A DNA stretch of 64,000 nt from the NCBI GenBank assembly GCA_051294905.1, contig CM119372.1, positions 32,614,001-32,678,000 of the forward strand, in the 5' to 3' direction. Shown here piece after piece: positions 60,425-64,000 of this stretch. A program made the translations under genes and the position numbers. Below the pieces are notes generated by a model. It ran no database searches, was not told the origin of the DNA, and saw nothing but the letters and a program-made list of their open reading frames with translations. The DNA is from Botryllus schlosseri (Eukaryota). Positions within the stretch are counted from its first letter, which is position 1, and every line of letters starts with the position of its first letter.

Positions 60425-63400
60425 TCAATCACTTTTCTCCTTTTTACGTCCCTTGCCGCACACCACGAGGTAGAGGCAGGCGCAGGCCAGGCACGCGGGA
60501 AAGGCTATTTTGCCAACGGGATCTTTCAACTTGTAATGTGTGTGGGCGGCGGAAGCCATAACAACTGTAAGTATCAGTGCCGCCAACGCAGCTAAATTGT
60601 TTGTGAGTAGGAGCATTCCTGAAAGAATAGCAGAATGATGGGAAGTAACGGAAAAATAATGTTTATCATGATTAATTCATTTCAGCATTATCATAATTAA
60701 AATAACTAGCAACTTCACCGATAACTACGATATATGTATGACAACTAGCTAAACCAAAATTTTCAAAACTTCAAAGCCTTTATTTGAACGTATTTGCAGT
60801 TTCCAGTCATTGCTATGATTGGACATGACAGGCTGCATCTGGGCACGCGTAAGCTATATGAAATATATCAATAGTCCCACTCTAACAGTAGCAGACTATA
60901 CTTCCCACCACCACAGTGTAACGTCAAGAAAATTGCCGATATTTCTTAACCTCGTGCCCGTTACTGGCAATTCTTGTTCAAGACTGAACTAAAAACAATC
61001 GTTTTTTTGGCACGTTCTGCTATCACGTATAAATGCAAGAGCGAGATGAGCAACGCCAACGCGTGAACTTGAATTTGAAAATACAAGATTGCAGTGTTGG
61101 GATGACTCGAGTCAGACTCGAGTCAACTTTTTCGTGTGACTTGACTTGACTCGAGTCACTTTGCAAAAATGACTTGACTTGACTCGGCGCTTCAAAAATG
61201 CGGATTGACTCGTGACTCGGAGCAAAATTTACGAGTCAATTTCAAGTCATCAAGTAAACGGTCTCGATTAAATCACTCTATTTTGTGTATGTTCATATCG
61301 TTCGTGATACGCCTATGGCACTTGTGAGAGTAACCAATGACCAGTCATCCACTGATTATACGTTTCACTGATCCTCTATTGTCACATCCCAAATAAATTG
61401 ACCACTAACGAAATGATCACAGCCTATACGTTGTCGTATCAGCAGTAGATTAATATAATAGCAACGTATCTCTGTTTCTTTCGCATCTCTGCTCAGTGCT
61501 TACATTGCGCAGTGATCCCCTTTACCAACCCTCTTGTATGATTTAAATGGAGTGAATACAGGTTATGCGTATATTTTACCTCCGATGTGTATATGTAGAT
61601 GGGTAGTGTGTATTGTACCATATTAGGTTGTTTCAACTTCTCGAGGCTTCGTATTCGATCCTATTGGCTAATAATAACAGACTGTGGCATATGGAGCTAT
61701 ACAGTTACTGGCGTATTATATTTGCAGTTCCACGTGTGCCGGTGTGCGTGATTGATACAGCGCCTTCTTGCATATTTGATTCAAGATAAATGGCCAATTA
61801 TTCTGTCTTTCACACTGCTAGCAAAATGTAATGACTTTGAATCGTCACTGATACTTCGAAAATTCAATTTTACTTGAATTGTGACTTGACTCGTGACTCG
61901 ATTTGACTTGACTTGACTTGACTCGAGTCACCTCCAAAAAACCAGTGACTTGACTTGACTCGAGTCACCTTCAAAAATTGATTGACTTGACTTGACTCGA
62001 GTCAAAATGTGCGATGACTCGAGATGACTCGTGTCTCGAAGGTAGTGACTTGATCCCAACACTGCAAGATTGTAAGATTTCGGGCGAATTTGAGACAATT
62101 TCTCCGAACAAGATTTTTGACACGCATTAATTTTCGATTTGCACACCACTCCTAAATGGATCTCAGCGATTTGGAATTCGAGTAGATTCGCTAAACTTTA
62201 ATCAATACCACGTGTAACTTTGAAAAAGAACAGTATAGATGAGAGCCACTGGTTCAATGGCACTATTATCCAGTGGTTTTTAGTTCTAAGCACTCGAAAA
62301 TCAAGTTTTTTCAACTGTGAAGGTCTGTGTGATGCCATGCCTCTAAACCAGTGGTTCCCAAAATCCCAACTTGGACAATATCGCCCCCAGTGGGGTATTT
62401 CGAGAAACGAGGGGGCGGCTGAGGGTGAAAATGTTAGAACGTCCAGAGTCTGAGATCTATTTGATTAACATGTGAAAAAATGCACGTGAAGACGGCTTAT
62501 TCTGCGTATGACGAGAAAGTTGACTTGAAAAAGTCAACTCAACGGAAAGTAAACACAGAAACCAGTTTTACGAGCACCTACTCGAAAAATGACCTCTTTT
62601 ATTCAGTTCACCAGCGATTAGAGTTTGGTGAATAAATTTTCTGTTTATATCTTTTTCGGATCCGTGAATATGGGGGCCGAAATTGGTGTCGAGCTTGATA
62701 ATGGGCCTATGAGTTGAAAAAGGTTGGGAACCACTGTTATAAACCATTTACTGGTACTCAAGTACTTTCAGAACCTCTGGATCACTACTTGCACTAGACG
62801 GATTTATGGTATGCACTAGACACCTCTGTTTGCACTCTAACCTTCGAGTACTTGAACCACAAAAATAAATCAATGTTCCCAGTCTAGAAGAGGGTGGAAT
62901 GCAAAAAGTTTGGATTTCAAAAGTGCCATTGATACTTGGTCCCAAATCTCAAATGAATTACATCTATCATGATTTCAGGTTCTAGGTCTAGCACCCTCTT
63001 AGTGGCCGTGCAATTTTACCAAACAAGCCGAAAATAGCTAATTTTGCCATGTCTTGATAATCGCTCATGCTAGAAAGCCAGTTTTGGGCTTGAAATGCGC
63101 GGAAGTATTCGCAGATTATAGATCTCTGACTCCCTAATTATCATGCTATTGCTATGGCATCCCCAAAATTGCTGATATTTTATACCTCATGGCTGATACC
63201 GGTGTTTCTACCCGAGTGTGATATCAACTCGATATTTTCGCCAAACCAATGTCACGCTCTACTGAAGCAGTTATGCTTTTACCCGTGCTCAGCTCTATTC
63301 AACGTGAGAAACACTGATATCGTAATCGGCCACTTACCGGCAAGTAATTCGGTATAGCCGACAATGTGCATGTACTGCACAGACGTGATTTTGATGTACC

Positions 63401-63557
63401 CCTTGAAGGGCGCCACGCGCAAGAACTTTCCGAAATCTTTCGCCATGCTCTTGTGCACGTCGGGAACGATGGCGTGGCCAAACCTGGTGATTTTCACGCA
63501 GCCGGAGCAGACAAATAGCGCCCCAAGAGTGAAACGGAGTACCGTTGACAAACCCAT
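60425..63557 (-). CDS. TMEM35: TMEM35/NACHO-like DoxX-family membrane protein, two exons, ~137 aa
   Basis: Exon 63557-63338 (LRFTLGALFVCSGCVKIT...F..FLRVAP...VGYTELLAG, GTAAGT donor) joins exon 60618-60425 in phase 1 (M.AAHTH..LKDP); four hydrophobic segments; C-terminal KxKxx (KEKSD). Confidence 0.8.
61092..62064. mobile_element. hAT-type MITE (CAGTGTTGGGAT; GACTT repeats) in the TMEM35 intron
   Basis: 12-bp TIRs; perfect TSD CAAGATTG. Confidence 0.92.
62349..62736. mobile_element. Charlie-like hAT MITE in the TMEM35 intron
   Basis: TIRs CAGTGGTTCCCAA/TTGGGAACCACTG; TSD CTCTAAAC/TTATAAAC. Confidence 0.8.
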
Positions 63558-64000
63558 AAGTACAGTTAAATATATTCGTTAATCTGGTAAAATGTTCGAT
63601 AAAAGAAAGAACAGTTATGTTGACGTGCGGTCCTAAATGATTTTGGTGGCATCATAGCTAGAAGATGAATTAATAATGAAATCGTTCAGAAAAATTAAAA
63701 ATACCACAAAAACGATGGTGCATTGAACAAGAAACTTCAGCAAATAACATAACTTACGTAACGTCAGGGGCCACAATTGAAATGCGAGACACCCGCTTTC
63801 AACATCAGAAATAGCAGAAAATATTTGAATCAATCGAATTTCAATTATGTCGAATAAATCAAATTTCTATAAAACTGAAATCTCGAACTCTATCTTGTGG
63901 TATCGTACCAAGTGAGATGGGAGATGCTGATCAGTAAGTGCCGACCTAATCAGGCTATTCGAAATATCAGCGCTGCAGCAGGAACGACTACTTACAGGTA

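Overview
Eukaryotic (invertebrate-like, AT-rich, GT-AG introns) genomic window dominated by DNA transposons. It has three host genes, all on the minus strand: a 12-exon amino-acid-permease-like transporter (9217-22996), a single-exon class A GPCR (49684-50823) and a two-exon TMEM35/NACHO-like gene (60425-63557). The 25.6-43.1 kb interval is a nest of transposons. (i) An 11-kb foldback element has inverted arrays of a ~192-bp unit around a ubiquitin-specific-protease (USP) fragment; it is interrupted by a hAT element, a decayed Harbinger and a MITE. (ii) A second copy of that hAT element carries a 4.2-kb P-superfamily element with long TIRs and a 7-bp TSD. This element appears to encode its transposase as two genes: an internally deleted THAP/catalytic gene that stops just after the catalytic Glu motif, and a separate intact gene for a P-transposase C-terminal-like domain that starts inside the TIR. 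One copy of the hAT element shows about 25 A-to-G changes clustered in an internal hairpin. Many hAT MITEs with 8-bp TSDs, a CACTA element, a Kolobok-like element and tRNA-derived SINEs fill the rest. All family assignments come from motif recognition by eye; no database searches were run.
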